A stretch of 64,000 nt of DNA from Balanoglossus misakiensis (GCA_040954595.2 CM082589.2:8752794-8816793); one strand, 5' to 3'. Counted from the first letter of the stretch, positions 48,995-61,374 are shown. The notes: generated by a model from the letters alone, not told the origin. Numbers and translations: made by a program.

Positions 48995-51900
48995 GTTCAA
49001 CACTTCATAAGCGGTCTTACCCGTCATTGGCACAAACAGTCTCAGGAAGTAAGCTTTCAGCCTACCAATGCAGCTATTGTATTTTCCACTTTTTGTAAGT
49101 GAAGCCTGACTGTCGCCTGTCTTAGGTCACCACTTCATAAGCGGTTTTACCCGTCATTGGCACAAACAGTCTCAGGAAGTAAGCTTTCAGCCTACCAATG
49201 TAGCTATTGTATTTTCCACTTTTTATAAGTGAAGCCTGACTGTCGCCTGTCTTAGGTCACCACTTCATAAGCGGTCTTACCCGTCATTGGCACAAACAGT
49301 CTCAGGAAGTAAGCTTTCAGCCTACCAATGTAGCTATTTTATTTTCCACTTTTTGTAAGTGAAGCCTGACTGTCGCCTGTCTTAGGTCAACACTTCATAA
49401 GCGGTCTTACCCGTCATTGGCACAAACAGTCTCAGGAAGTAAGCTTTCAGCCTACCAATGTAGCTATTATATTTTCCACTTTTTGTAAGTGAAGCCTGAC
49501 TGTCGCCTGTCTTAGGTCACCACTTCATAAGCGGTCTTACCCGTCATTGGCACAAACAGTCTCAGGAAGTAAGCTTTCAGCCTACCAATGTAGCTATTGT
49601 ATTTTCCACTTTTTGTAAGTGAAGCCTGACTTTCGCCTGTCTTAGGTCACCACTTCATAAGCGGTCTTACCCGTCATTGGCACAAACAGTCTCAGGAAGT
49701 AAGCTTACAGCCTACCAATGTAGCTATTGTATTTTCCACTTTTTGTAAGTGAAGCCTGACTGTCGCCTGTCTTAGGTCACCACTTCATAAGCGGTCTTAC
49801 CCGTCATTGGCACAAACAGTCTCAGGAAGTAAGCTTTCAGCCTACCAATGTAGCTATTGTATTTTCCACTTTTTGTAAGTGAAGCCTGACTGTCGCCTGT
49901 CTTAGGTCACCACTTCATAAGCGGTCTTACCCGTCATTGGCACAAACAGTCTCAGGAAGTAAGCTTTCAGCCTACCAATGTAGCTATCGTATTTTCCACT
50001 TTTTGTAAGTGAAGCCTGACTGTCGCCTGTCTTAGGTCACCACTTCATAAGCGGTCTTACCCGTCATTGGCACAAACAGTCTCAGGAAGTAAGCTTTCAG
50101 CCTACCAATGTAGCTATTTTATTTTCCACTTTTTGTAAGTGAAGCCTGACTGTCGCCTGTCTTAGGTCAACACTTCATAAGCGGTCTTACACGTCATTGG
50201 CACAAACAGTCTCAGGAAGTAAGCTTTCAGCCTACCAATGTAGCTATTATATTTTCCACTTTTTGTAAGTGAAGCCTGACTGTCGCCTGTCTTAGGTCAC
50301 CACTTCATAAGCGGTCTTACCCGTCATTGGCACAAACAGTCTCAGGAAGTAAGCTTTCAGCCTACCAATGTAGCTATTGTATTTTTCACTTTTTGTAAGT
50401 GAAGCCTGACTGTCGCCTGTCTTAGGTCAACACTTCATAAGCGGTCTTACCCGTCATTGGCACAAACAGTCTCAGGAAGTAAGCTTTCAGCCTACCAATG
50501 TAGCTATTATATTTTCCACTTTTTGTAAGTGAAGCCTGACTGTCGCCTGTCTTAGGTCACCACTTCATAAGCGGTCTTACCCGTCATTGGCACAAACAGT
50601 CTCAGGAAGTAAGCTTTCAGCCTACCAATGTAGCTATTGTATTTTCCACTTTTTGTAAGTGAAGCCTGACTTTCGCCTGTCTTAGGTCACCACTTCATAA
50701 GCGGTCTTACCCGTCATTGGCACAAACAGTCTCAGGAAGTAAGCTTACAGCCTACCAATGTAGCTATTGTATTTTCCACTTTTTGTAAGTGAAGCCTGAC
50801 TGTCGCCTGTCTTAGGTCACCACTTTATAAGCGGTCTTACCCGTCATTGGCACAAACAGTCTCAGGACGTAAGCCCTCAGCCTACCAATGTAGCTATTGT
50901 ATTTTCCACTTTTTGTAAGTGAAGCCTGACTGTCGCCTGTCTTAGGTCACCACTTCATAAGCGGTCTTACCCGTCATTGGCACAAACAGTCTCAGGAAGT
51001 AAGCTTTCAGCCTACCAATGTAGCTATTGTATTTTCCACTTTTTGTAAGTGAAGCCTGACTGTCGCCTGTCTTAGGTCACCACTTCATAAGCGGTCTTAC
51101 CCGTCATTGGCACAAACAGTCTCAGGAAGTAAGCTTTCAGCCTACCAATGTAGCTATTTTATTTTCCACTTTTTGTAAGTGAAGCCTGACTGTCGCCTGT
51201 CTTAGGTCAACACTTCATAAGCGGTCTTACACGTCATTGGCACAAACAGTCTCAGGAAGTAAGCTTTCAGCCTACCAATGTAGCTATTATATTTGCCACT
51301 TTTTGTAAGTGAAGCCTGACTGTCGCCTGTCTTAGGTCACTACTTCATAAGCGGTCTTACCCGTCATTGGCACAAACAGTCTCAGGAAGTAAGCTTTCAG
51401 CCTACCAATGTAGCTATAATATTTTTTACTTTTTGTAAGTGAAGCCTGACTGTCGCCTGTCTTAAGTCACCACTTCATAAGCGGTCTTACCCGTCATTGG
51501 CACAAACAGTCTCAGGAAGTAAGCTTTCAGCCTACCAATGTAGCTATTGTATTTTCCACTTTTTGTAAGTGAAGCCTGACTGTCGCCTGTCTTAGGTCAC
51601 CACTTCATAAGCGGTCTTACCCGTCATTGGCACAAACAGTCTCAGGAAGTAAGCTTTCAGCCTACCAATGTAGCTATTTTATTTTCCACTTTTTGTAAGT
51701 GAAGCCTGACTGTCGCCTGTCTTAGGTCACCACTTCATAAGCGGTCTTACCCGTCATCTGCACAAACAGTCTCAGGAAGTAAGCTTTCAGCCTACCAATG
51801 TAGCTATTTTATTTTCCACTTTTTGTAAGTGAAGCCTGACTGTCGCCTGTCTTAGGTCAACACTTCATAAGCGGTCTTACCCGTCATTGGCACAAACAGT

Positions 51901-54900
51901 CTCAGGAAGTAAGCTTTCAGCCTACCAATGTAGCTATTATATTTTCCACTTTTTGTAAGTGAAGCCTGTCTGTCGCCTGTCTTAGGTCACCACTTCATAA
52001 GCGGTCTTACCCGTCATTGGCACAAACAGTCTCAGGAAGTAAGCTTTCAGCCTACCAATGTAGCTATTGTATTTTCCACTTTTTGTAAGTGAAGGCTGAC
52101 TGTCGCCAGTCTTAGGTCACCACTTCATAAGCGGTCTTACCCGTCATTGGCACAAACAGTCTCAGGAAGTAAGCTTTCAGCCTACCAATGTAGCTATTGT
52201 ATTTTCCACTTTTTGTAAGTGAAGCCTGACTGTCGCCTGTCTTAGGTCACCACTTCATAAGCGGTCTTACCCGTCATTGGCACAAACAGTCTCAGGAAGT
52301 AAGCTTTCAGCCTACCAATGTAGCTATTGTATTTTCCACTTTTTGTAAGTGAAGCCTGACTGTCGCCTGTCTTAGGTCACCACTTCATAAGCGGTCTTAC
52401 CCGTCATTGGCACAAACAGTCTCAGGAAGTAAGCTTTCAGCCTACCAATGTAGCTATTATATTTTCCACTTTTTGTAAGTGAAGCCTGACTGTCGCCTGT
52501 CTTAGGTCACCACTTCATAAGCGGTCTTACCCGTCATTGGCACAAACAGTCTCAGGAAGTAAGCTTTCAGCCTACCAATGTAGCTATTGTATTTTCCACT
52601 TTTTGTAAGTGAAGCCTGACTGTCGCCTGTCTTAGGTCACCACTTCATAAGCGGTCTTACCTGTCATTGGCACAAACAGTCTCAGGAAGTAAGCTTTCAG
52701 CCTACCAATGTAGCTATTGTATTTTCCACTTTTTGTAAGTGAAGCCTGACTGTCGCCTGTCTTAGGTCACCACTTCATAAGCGGTCTTACCCGTCATTGG
52801 CACAAACAGTCTCAGGAAGTAAGCTTTCAGCCTACCAATGAAGCTATTGTATTTTCCACTTTTTGTAAGTGAAGCCTGACTGTCGCCTGTCTTAGGTCAC
52901 CACTTCATAAGCGGTCTTACCCGTCATTGGCACAAACAGTCTTAGGAAGTAAGCTTTCAGCCTACCAATGAAGCTATTGTATTTTCCACTTTTTGTAAGT
53001 GAAGCCTGACTGTCGCCTGTCTTAGGTCACCACTTCATAAGCGGTCTTACCCGTCATTGGCACAAACAGTCTCAGGAAGTAAGCTTTCAACCTACCAATG
53101 AAGCTATTGTATTTTCCACTTTTTGTAAGTGAAGCCTGACTGTCGCCTGTCTTAGGTCACCACTTCATAAGCGGTCTTACCCGTCATTGGCACAAACAGT
53201 CTCAGGAAGTAAGCTTTCAGCCTACCAATGTAGCTATTGTATTTTCCACTTTTTGTAAGTGAAGCCTGACTGTCGTCTGTCTTAGGTCACCACTTCATAA
53301 GCGGTCTTACCCGTCATTGGCACAAACAGTCTCAGGAAGTAAGCTTACAGCCTACCAATGTAGCTATTGTATTTTCCACTTTTTGTAAGTGAAGCCTGAC
53401 TGTCGCCTGTCTTAGGTCACCACTTCATAAGCGGTCTTACCCGTCATTGGCACAAACAGTCTCAGGAAGTAAGCTTTCAGCCTACCAATGTAGCTATTGT
53501 ATTTTCCACTTTTTGTAAGTGAAGCCTGACTGTCGCCTGTCTTGGGTCACCACTTCATAAGCGGTCTTACCCGTCATTGGCACAAACAGTCTCAGGAAGT
53601 AAGCTTACAGCCTACCAATGTAGCTATTGTATTTTCCACTTTTTGTAAGTGAAGCCTGACTGTCGCCTGTCTTAGGTCACCACTTCATAAGCGGTCTTAC
53701 TCGTCATTGGCACAAACAGTCTCAGGAAGTAAGCTTTCAGCCTACCAATGTAGCTATTATATTTTCCACTTTTTGTAAGTGAAGCCTGACTGTCGCCTGT
53801 CTTAGGTCACCACTTCATAAGCGGTCTTACCCGTCATTGGCACAAACAGTCTTAGGAAGTAAGCTTTCAGCCTACCAATGTAGCTATTGTATTTTCCACT
53901 TTTTGTAAGTGAAGCCTGACTGTCGCCAGTCTTAGGTCACCACTTCATAAGCGGTCTTACCCGTCATTGGCACAAACAGTCTCAGGAAGTAAGCTTCCAG
54001 CCTACCAATGTAGCTATTGTATTTTCCACTTTTTGTAAGTGAAGCCTGACTGTCGCCTGTCTTAGGTCACCACTTCATAAGCGGTCTTACCCGTCATTGG
54101 CACAAACAGTCTCAGGAAGTAAGCTTTCAGCCTACCAATGTAGCTATTGTATTTTCCACTTTTTGTAAGTGAAGCCTGACTGTCGCCTGTCTTAGGTCAC
54201 CACTTCATAAGCGGTCTTACCCGTCATTGGCACAAACAGTCTCAGGAAGTAAGCTTTCAGCCTACCAATGTAGCTATTATATTTTCCACTTTTTGTAAGT
54301 GAAGCCTGACTGTCGCCTGTCTTAGGTCACCACTTCATAAGCGGTCTTACCCGTCATTGGCACAAACAGTCTCAGGAAGTAAGCTTTCAGCCTACCAATG
54401 TAGCTATTGTATTTTCCACTTTTTGTAAGTGAAGCCTGACTGTCGCCTGTCTTAGGTCAACACTTCATAAGCGGTCTTACCCGTCATTGGCACAAACAGT
54501 CTCAGGAAGTAAGCTTTCAGCCTACCAATGTAGCTATTTATTTTCCACTTTTTGTAAGTGAAGCCTGACTGTCGCCTGTCTTGAGCTGTCTTAGGTCACC
54601 ACTTCATAAGCGGTCTTACCCGTCATTGGCACAAACAGTCTCAGGAAGTAAGCTTTCAGCCTACCAATGTAGCTATTTTATTTTCCACTTTTTGTAAGTG
54701 AAGCCTGACTGTCGCCTGTCTTAGGTCAACACTTCATAAGCGGTCTTACCCGTCATTGGCACAAACAGTCTCAGGAAGTAAGCTTTCAGCCTACCTATGA
54801 AGCTATTGTATTTTCCACTTTTTGTAAGTGAAGCCTGACTGTCGCCTGTCTTAGGTCACCACTTCATAAGCGGTCTTACCCGTCATTGGCACAAACAGTC

Positions 54901-56142
54901 TCAGGAAGTAAGCTTTCAGCCTACCAATGTAGCTATTGTATTTTCCACTTTTTGTAAGTGAAGCCTGACTGTCGCCTGTCTTAGGTCACCACTTCTTAAG
55001 CGGTCTTACGCGTCATTGGCACAAACTGTCTCAGGAAGTAAGCTTTCAGCGTACCAATGTAGCTATTGTATTTTCCACTTTTTGTAAGTGAAGCCTGACT
55101 GTCGCCAGTCTTAGGTCACCACTTCATAAGCGGTCTTACCCGTCATTGGCACAAACAGTCTCAGGAAGTAAGCTTTCAGCCTACCAATGTAGCTATTGTA
55201 TTTTCCACTTTTTGTAAGTGAAGCCTGACTGTCGCCTGTCTTAGGTCACCACTTCATAAGCGGTCTTACCCGTCATTGGCACAAACAGTCTCAGGAAGTA
55301 AGCTTTCAGCCTACCAATGTAGCTATTGTATTTTCCACTTTTTGTAAGTGAAGCCTGACTGTCGCCTGTCTTAGGTCACCACTTCATAAGCGGTCTTACC
55401 CGTCATTGGCACAAACAGTCTCAGGAAGTAAGCTTTCAGCCTACCAATGTAGCTATTATATTTTCCACTTTTTGTAAGTGAAGCCTGACTGTCGCCTGTC
55501 TTAGGTCACCACTTCATAAGCGGTCTTACTCGTCATTGGCACAAACAGTCTCAGGAAGTAAGCTTTCAGCCTACCAATGTAGCTATTGTATTTTCCACTT
55601 TTTGTAAGTGAAGCCTGACTGTCGCCTGTCTTAGGTCACCACTTCATAAGCGGTCTTACCCGTCATTGGCACAAACAGTCTCAGGAAGTAAGCTTTCAGC
55701 CTACCAATGTAGCTATTTATTTTCCACTTTTTGTAAGTGAAGCCTGACTGTCGCCTGTCTTAGGTCACCACTTCATAAGCGGTCTTACCCGTCATTGGCA
55801 CAAACAGTCTCAGGAAGTAAGCTTTCAGCCTACCAATGTAGCTATTTTATTTTCCACTTTTTGTAAGTGAAGCCTGACTGTCGCCTGTCTTAGGTCAACA
55901 CTTCATATGCGGTCTTACCCGTCATTGGCACAAACAGTCTCAGGAAGTAAGCTTTCAGCCTACCAATGAAGCTATTGTATTTTCCACTTTTTGTAAGTGA
56001 AGCCTGACTGTCGCCTGTCTTAGGTCACCACTTCATAAGCGGTCTTACCCGTCATTGGCACAAACAGTCTCAGGAAGTAAGCTTTCAGCCTACCAATGTA
56101 GCTATTGTATTTTCCACTTTTTGTAAGTGAAGCCTGACTGTC
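48995..56142. repeat. 130-bp satellite array, block 3 (about 55 monomers)
   Basis: Same unit and orientation. Confidence 0.99.
56129..56142 (+). repeat. Target-site duplication, left copy (GAAGCCTGACTGTC)
   Basis: 14 bp of satellite directly before the poly(T), repeated at 61605-61618. Confidence 0.93.
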
Positions 56143-56297
56143 TTTTTTTTTTTTTTTTTTATTTCCATTCATTTAATCTTACATGTATCATAAAGATAAA
56201 TCGTGTTTTGATGAAAAAAAATAAATAAATAAATAAAAAATAATACTATATAAAAAGAGATTCACCAGGTACATTTGTTTAACAAAATAATTACATC

Positions 56298-59200
56298 TCA
56301 GACGGAAGCAAGGATTTTCTTCCAATAATGGGTGAAATCTAGATTATTATTCCTTTTGAGTATTTGGTGCATAAATTGTAGGTATCTGTAAAATATATCG
56401 AAATTGGTTTTTGCTCTAATGCTGTTAATATCATGTTGTAAATGGACCCATGAAGCGAATACACAATACTTTGCAATAGTTATGACAATGTTTACAAATC
56501 TATAAAGAGGATGACTGTACATAGTTTTGTAACCAAGAATAATAGTTTCTAAGTCGACCTCATGACATATGCCAAGTTTGCTGAGCAAAGCAGATAAACG
56601 CTGCCAAAAATCCCCTAAACGTTGACATTTTAAAAATAGATGCTCATAAGAATCAGTTACATTACAAAGACAACATAGATCATTTTTACTAATTTTCCAT
56701 CTTAAAAGATTGATGCCACATGGCAAAATGTTATGCATAATCTTAAAGTTAAATTCAGCAAGTTTCCTATCACAACACAATCCAGTCGTTTGGTTAACCC
56801 ATATAGTTCTCCACTGTAGTGGAGTAGTCATGGTCAAACGACGATTCCATGTATTTTCACAATATGGACGAATAAAACGATTTTGCACAAAAATACTGTA
56901 AAAAAATTTTGAAGTAAGGCGAGACAGATCATTAGGTAAAACAAAAACTTTTCCATTGACATGAAGAAAATTCTTTTCTCTACGCATCTGATGCAACTGA
57001 GTACCTTTCAACACAGACTTCCATTCTCTGGGAATAAGATTCCGCAACTTCATCCATTCAACTATCCAATTTGACTTATTCTCGAGTTTTTGTAACAACA
57101 GTGTAGGTGGAAGAAAATCGCCGTTGGTATCGACAATGTCCTGGACATAGATAATATTTGAGTGAATCCAACCAGGGAAAAAAAGAGTCTTACCATTATC
57201 TGAAATGTTGACATTACCCCAGATAATTTGATTACGCACATCTAAATGACTGAGTTTGGAGAAAGTGACGCAACCACCTTTTGCACTATGCCAAGCTGAA
57301 ATTACATGTTTATAGAAAAAGGGAATTCTCTCGAGAAATGGGAAACAGGAAATGTTGCTAAAATTGAAATGAAAAATAAGAAAATCTGGACCATAGTGCC
57401 CGAGCCAATGCAGTGGCAAGGCCTTCCATTTGGCAGAAGAATTGTCACATAATCTACGAACCCATGATGCACAAAAGGCGTCATGGATGGCAAAAATGTC
57501 AGGCATGTTTAGTCCCCCGCAATCATAAGGGCCAATGAGTGTGAGCCTTTTGATTTTGTCTGGCTTGTCATTCCACAGGAATTTGAAAATAAGACGGTTG
57601 ATATTCGTGAGCCACGTTTCAAAAGCACCAAGATTAAGCATAAGGTAGTAAATTGTGGGCAGTGCCAAAGACTTTAAAACCGTAATTTTGCCATAAAGGC
57701 TCAGCTTACGTCGTGACCAGATGTTGAGCACGCTTTTAAGCCTTTCAATTTTCTTTTCCCAATTCAAAAGTAGACATTTCAGTCGATCGTATCCAAAGAA
57801 AACCCCAAGGGATTTTATAGGCTGTTGCTCCCACATCAAACCCCCAGGTTTATCATTCCTGTTTTTCCAAGCACCAAGCCAAAGACCCTCTGATTTGCTA
57901 ACATTAAGCTGTAACCCAGAAACTGACCCAAAGGATTTGACCACGTCAATCGCTCTAAGAATGGAAACGTCATCTGATACAAAAAGAGTTGTATCGTCAG
58001 CAACCTGCGAAATTTTGATTTCAGTAAGAGTGGGGAAGAAGACAGACACGTTATTAATATTAATCCCAACAATGTCACGGCTTTGACGGATGTGCGTTGC
58101 CATGACTTCAACTGCTAGCAAGAATAAAAGGGCAGACAGGGGACAACCTTGACGTATTCCTCGATGAAGACCAAAATAAGTTGACGACCAACCATTATTG
58201 ATAACACAGCTTTCACAGGAATTGTACATGGTTTTTATCGTGCCAATAAAGTTTTCGCCAAAATTAAACTTGTGCAATACTGCGAAAAGAAAATTTCTCT
58301 CAAGCGTATCAAATGCCTTTGAAAAATCCAGAAAAAGGATTGCACCCTCCAGATCCTCATCCCCCGTATAATCAATAATATCTTGAATAAGACGTATGTT
58401 TTGACCAATATACCTGCCCTTGATATAAGCAGTTTGGTCCGGACTGATAAGTTTCGGGAGAACAGTTTGCAAACGTCTCGCAAAAGCCATTGCCAAAATT
58501 TTGTAATCAGTGTTGAGAAGACTGATTGGTCTCCAATTTAACAGCTGATCACGCTCTTCTTTTTTGTGAATGAGTTTAATGATAGCACGTCTTTGTGAGG
58601 GAGACAGCGTTCCTTTAGTTAGGCCTTCAATAATTGAATCGAAAACAAGTGGTCCTATAAACTCCCAGCAAGTTTTGTAAAATTCTGCTGGTAATCCGTC
58701 GGGTCCGGGCGTTTTGCCATTTTTCAGACTTTTTACCGATTCAGTGCATTCTTGGAACATAAAATCCCTATCAAGACATGCTTTCTCTCCTTCAGATAAA
58801 ACGTTTTCTGGGTAAATTAAACGTAAATACTCAGCAATGTTATTTTCGGAAATATTGCTCGAGGTGTACAGCTTACTATAAAAACTTTTGCAACAGTCTA
58901 TAATCTCTTGTGTGGAAGTAACAGTACGGCCATCATCAGAACACTTTAAAGAATCAATTGTACTGACACGAGCTTGCTTGCGCTCAAGATTTAAAAAATA
59001 CTTAGTCGGTTTTTCCCCCTTAAGTGACCAGTTCACCCTTGACCTTATTCTGGCACCTTCCACTTGGTAGTCGTACCATTTGTTAATTTGGTCCTTTACC
59101 ACACTGTACTGAGACAAAGTATGCGAGCTCAAATTGTCATCGAGATCACGCTCTATTTGTTGTAAACGTTTCTCTAAATGTTTGATCTCTTCTCTTCTTT

Positions 59201-60131
59201 TCTTGGCAAGCTCTTTTGAATAACAAATTGTAAACTCTCTGATGCGAATTTTCACCAGATCCCAAAGGATCGTCTTGGAGAAGTGACCAGTAAATTCACT
59301 GACAGTGGACTGTGTAATATTTTTAACTCTTTTGATATAAAAATCATCAGTCAAAAGTGAGATATTCATCCGAAAGAAACCCGGTCCTTTCTCACTTCGT
59401 TCTGTACATATCTTAACAAACACAGCTTGATGGTCAGACAAGAAACATGGCCTGATATCTGCCTTCAGTGTCTTAGAACAAAGGGTATCCGAAATAAGAA
59501 AGAAGTCCAACCGACAGCGGATTGGAGGGGAGTTTTGTCGCCATGTGTACTGACGAGTAGACGGATTTAGCAAACGCCAAATATCGACTAAATCGTAACC
59601 ATTCAAAAAACAATTTGTAAGAGTAGACGATGAAAGCGGATCAGGTCTGTTTCCCCCCTTTTTGTCAAAATTGACATCTAGTATAGTATTGAAATCGCCC
59701 CCCATAACAATACTATGGAGATTCTTATCTGCTAGCCGTGAAGAGATCTCCGTAAGAAATGCAACTCTGGAATTGACATTATTAGGCGCATAAATATTAA
59801 CCAACGAAAAGGCAGAACTGCCAAGGTGACAGTTTAAAAAGAAAAACCTGCCATTGCTGTCATGATCAGAGTCGCTGAATAAAATATTATTGCTGATACT
59901 GTCATTAATGAGGATGGATACTCCGGTGCTATGATTCGACTGGGCAAATGAATGAAAACAACGCCCTTTCCAGTCCTTTTCTATGGCATTCGCCAAGTCA
60001 GAGGTAATGTACGTTTCCTGGAGGAAGCAAATATGCGTTTTTTGTTGCTTAACCCAGTGAAAAAGCTTGGTACGTTTCGATCGATCTCTAATTCCTTTCA
60101 CATTAAGGGTGAGGATATTTAGCGTGTCCAT
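56298..60131 (-). CDS. L1/Tx1-type ORF2p: APE endonuclease, reverse transcriptase and C-terminal CCHC zinc finger (1277 aa)
   Basis: APE motifs LNVKG, LQET, NIYAPN, GGDFN, RLDFFL, SDH. Linker GEKPTKYF and PGPDG. RT motifs NWRPISLLNTDYK, LDFSKAFD, GIRQGCPLS, VADD. GGLNMPD and a CCLC-x7-HLFLKC zinc finger follow. Confidence 0.97.
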   Translation of the reverse strand: MDTLNILTLNVKGIRDRSKRTKLFHWVKQQKTHICFLQETYITSDLANAIEKDWKGRCFHSFAQSNHSTGVSILINDSISNNILFSDSDHDSNGRFFFLNCHLGSSAFSLVNIYAPNNVNSRVAFLTEISSRLADKNLHSIVMGGDFNTILDVNFDKKGGNRPDPLSSSTLTNCFLNGYDLVDIWRLLNPSTRQYTWRQNSPPIRCRLDFFLISDTLCSKTLKADIRPCFLSDHQAVFVKICTERSEKGPGFFRMNISLLTDDFYIKRVKNITQSTVSEFTGHFSKTILWDLVKIRIREFTICYSKELAKKRREEIKHLEKRLQQIERDLDDNLSSHTLSQYSVVKDQINKWYDYQVEGARIRSRVNWSLKGEKPTKYFLNLERKQARVSTIDSLKCSDDGRTVTSTQEIIDCCKSFYSKLYTSSNISENNIAEYLRLIYPENVLSEGEKACLDRDFMFQECTESVKSLKNGKTPGPDGLPAEFYKTCWEFIGPLVFDSIIEGLTKGTLSPSQRRAIIKLIHKKEERDQLLNWRPISLLNTDYKILAMAFARRLQTVLPKLISPDQTAYIKGRYIGQNIRLIQDIIDYTGDEDLEGAILFLDFSKAFDTLERNFLFAVLHKFNFGENFIGTIKTMYNSCESCVINNGWSSTYFGLHRGIRQGCPLSALLFLLAVEVMATHIRQSRDIVGININNVSVFFPTLTEIKISQVADDTTLFVSDDVSILRAIDVVKSFGSVSGLQLNVSKSEGLWLGAWKNRNDKPGGLMWEQQPIKSLGVFFGYDRLKCLLLNWEKKIERLKSVLNIWSRRKLSLYGKITVLKSLALPTIYYLMLNLGAFETWLTNINRLIFKFLWNDKPDKIKRLTLIGPYDCGGLNMPDIFAIHDAFCASWVRRLCDNSSAKWKALPLHWLGHYGPDFLIFHFNFSNISCFPFLERIPFFYKHVISAWHSAKGGCVTFSKLSHLDVRNQIIWGNVNISDNGKTLFFPGWIHSNIIYVQDIVDTNGDFLPPTLLLQKLENKSNWIVEWMKLRNLIPREWKSVLKGTQLHQMRREKNFLHVNGKVFVLPNDLSRLTSKFFYSIFVQNRFIRPYCENTWNRRLTMTTPLQWRTIWVNQTTGLCCDRKLAEFNFKIMHNILPCGINLLRWKISKNDLCCLCNVTDSYEHLFLKCQRLGDFWQRLSALLSKLGICHEVDLETIILGYKTMYSHPLYRFVNIVITIAKYCVFASWVHLQHDINSIRAKTNFDIFYRYLQFMHQILKRNNNLDFTHYWKKILASV

Positions 60132-60225
60132 GAGCCTGAAGCTATAGACAAAGGAAGGATGGCAGTCCCTTCAGTCGCTAGGAAAAAAAAGCTTACCTAA
60201 AAGCACTGCGAACAAAATAAAGTTT

Positions 60226-61374
60226 TCAAGGGTTGTGCCCTCTACGAAGATGAGTCTGTTCACGGTCCGGTTTACTTTTAAAGAAACTCGTGATCTTCTT
60301 ACCAAGTCTTTCTTTGTTGATCGGCTGGCTATGCGGGGCTAACAGCAGCGAAGGACTTGTTTCGACTTCTTCTTCTTGTTGCTGCTCCTCCATTTTGTTG
60401 TCGACCTGGTAGTGGCGATAATGCAGTTTCCGGGCTTGGTTCTGTGCTCTGTTTCGTGGAGTAGCAACTTCCACATATGACAGATGAGCTTCATCTATGA
60501 TGTTTAAGGTTTCAGCCGTGTTGGGACTGTGTGGCAAATAATTTGGAATTGGTACATCTGGTCTGGTAGTAGCCCCCGACTCTGCTAGTTGTACCGGTTG
60601 ATTCGGTTTTGGTGTCGATGTTCCCGCAGCCGGGTATTGCGGCAATTGTCGTTGAGTCCCATCGCTTTCTGCGTCAATTCTCGTGTCAACGTTCTGAATT
60701 TGCTCGGTCTGCATGGCTGACAGCTGTGTAGCGTTGCTGTCGGCTTCAACTGTCATTTGTCCGAAGTAAAAAATTCGGACTGAAAATCCTGCTATCATTA
60801 GATCGAATCGCGGGATTGGAACCTTTGGCGGGTTTTTCAGGTACACAACCCTATCCCCATTAAAGCAGTTTGTCAGCTTACCCCTGTAGCGAAGTCTCTC
60901 CTTGTTTACTCTGCTCACGAATTCGCACTCGTAGTTGGACAGCTCATCCAGTATAGACTGGTCGTCAACGGAAAATGGCAGGTCTTTTATGCGGAGTTTG
61001 ATCGCACCCATCTGTCTCATGCGTGTTGAGAATGCGAAGGGATTGTGTTCAAGAATCTCCACATTCCTTCCCCTAATTGACACTTGCTGTAACAGCAATT
61101 CATGCTTCGCGTCAATAGAATTTATGTAAATTCTCCACAAAGCTCGGACACGTTGAATGGATGACAGGTTTTCAGGATTAATAACTTGTATCAAAGCATG
61201 GAAAACTTCTTCATCACTAAGAGGATTCTTTTTGGCTTCGTCCAGGCTTATAAATTGACGTTCGCTCAGGAACACAGTGTAATATTGCCTTCGAGATTGA
61301 CCATTTCGATCCACAGTAGCCCATTGTTCGGGAGTTGCGTAGCCACTTGCCATTGTTGCGGTCGCGGAATACAT
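60226..61374 (-). CDS. L1/Tx1-type ORF1p (RRM-like N-terminal half, low-complexity C-terminus; 382 aa)
   Basis: Lies upstream of ORF2 inside the TSD-bounded element. The segment IKLRIKDLPFSVDD...FNGDRVVYL...RIFYFGQ resembles Tx1-type ORF1 proteins (recognised from memory, not searched). Confidence 0.82.
   Translation of the reverse strand: MYSATATMASGYATPEQWATVDRNGQSRRQYYTVFLSERQFISLDEAKKNPLSDEEVFHALIQVINPENLSSIQRVRALWRIYINSIDAKHELLLQQVSIRGRNVEILEHNPFAFSTRMRQMGAIKLRIKDLPFSVDDQSILDELSNYECEFVSRVNKERLRYRGKLTNCFNGDRVVYLKNPPKVPIPRFDLMIAGFSVRIFYFGQMTVEADSNATQLSAMQTEQIQNVDTRIDAESDGTQRQLPQYPAAGTSTPKPNQPVQLAESGATTRPDVPIPNYLPHSPNTAETLNIIDEAHLSYVEVATPRNRAQNQARKLHYRHYQVDNKMEEQQQEEEVETSPSLLLAPHSQPINKERLGKKITSFFKSKPDREQTHLRRGHNP

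Noticed and set aside
48990-48996. Helitron interpretation from the CTAG|T right end
   Set aside because: The long symmetric inverted arms and perfect 13-bp TIR fit a TIR element better, and there is no 5' TC at an A|T target.
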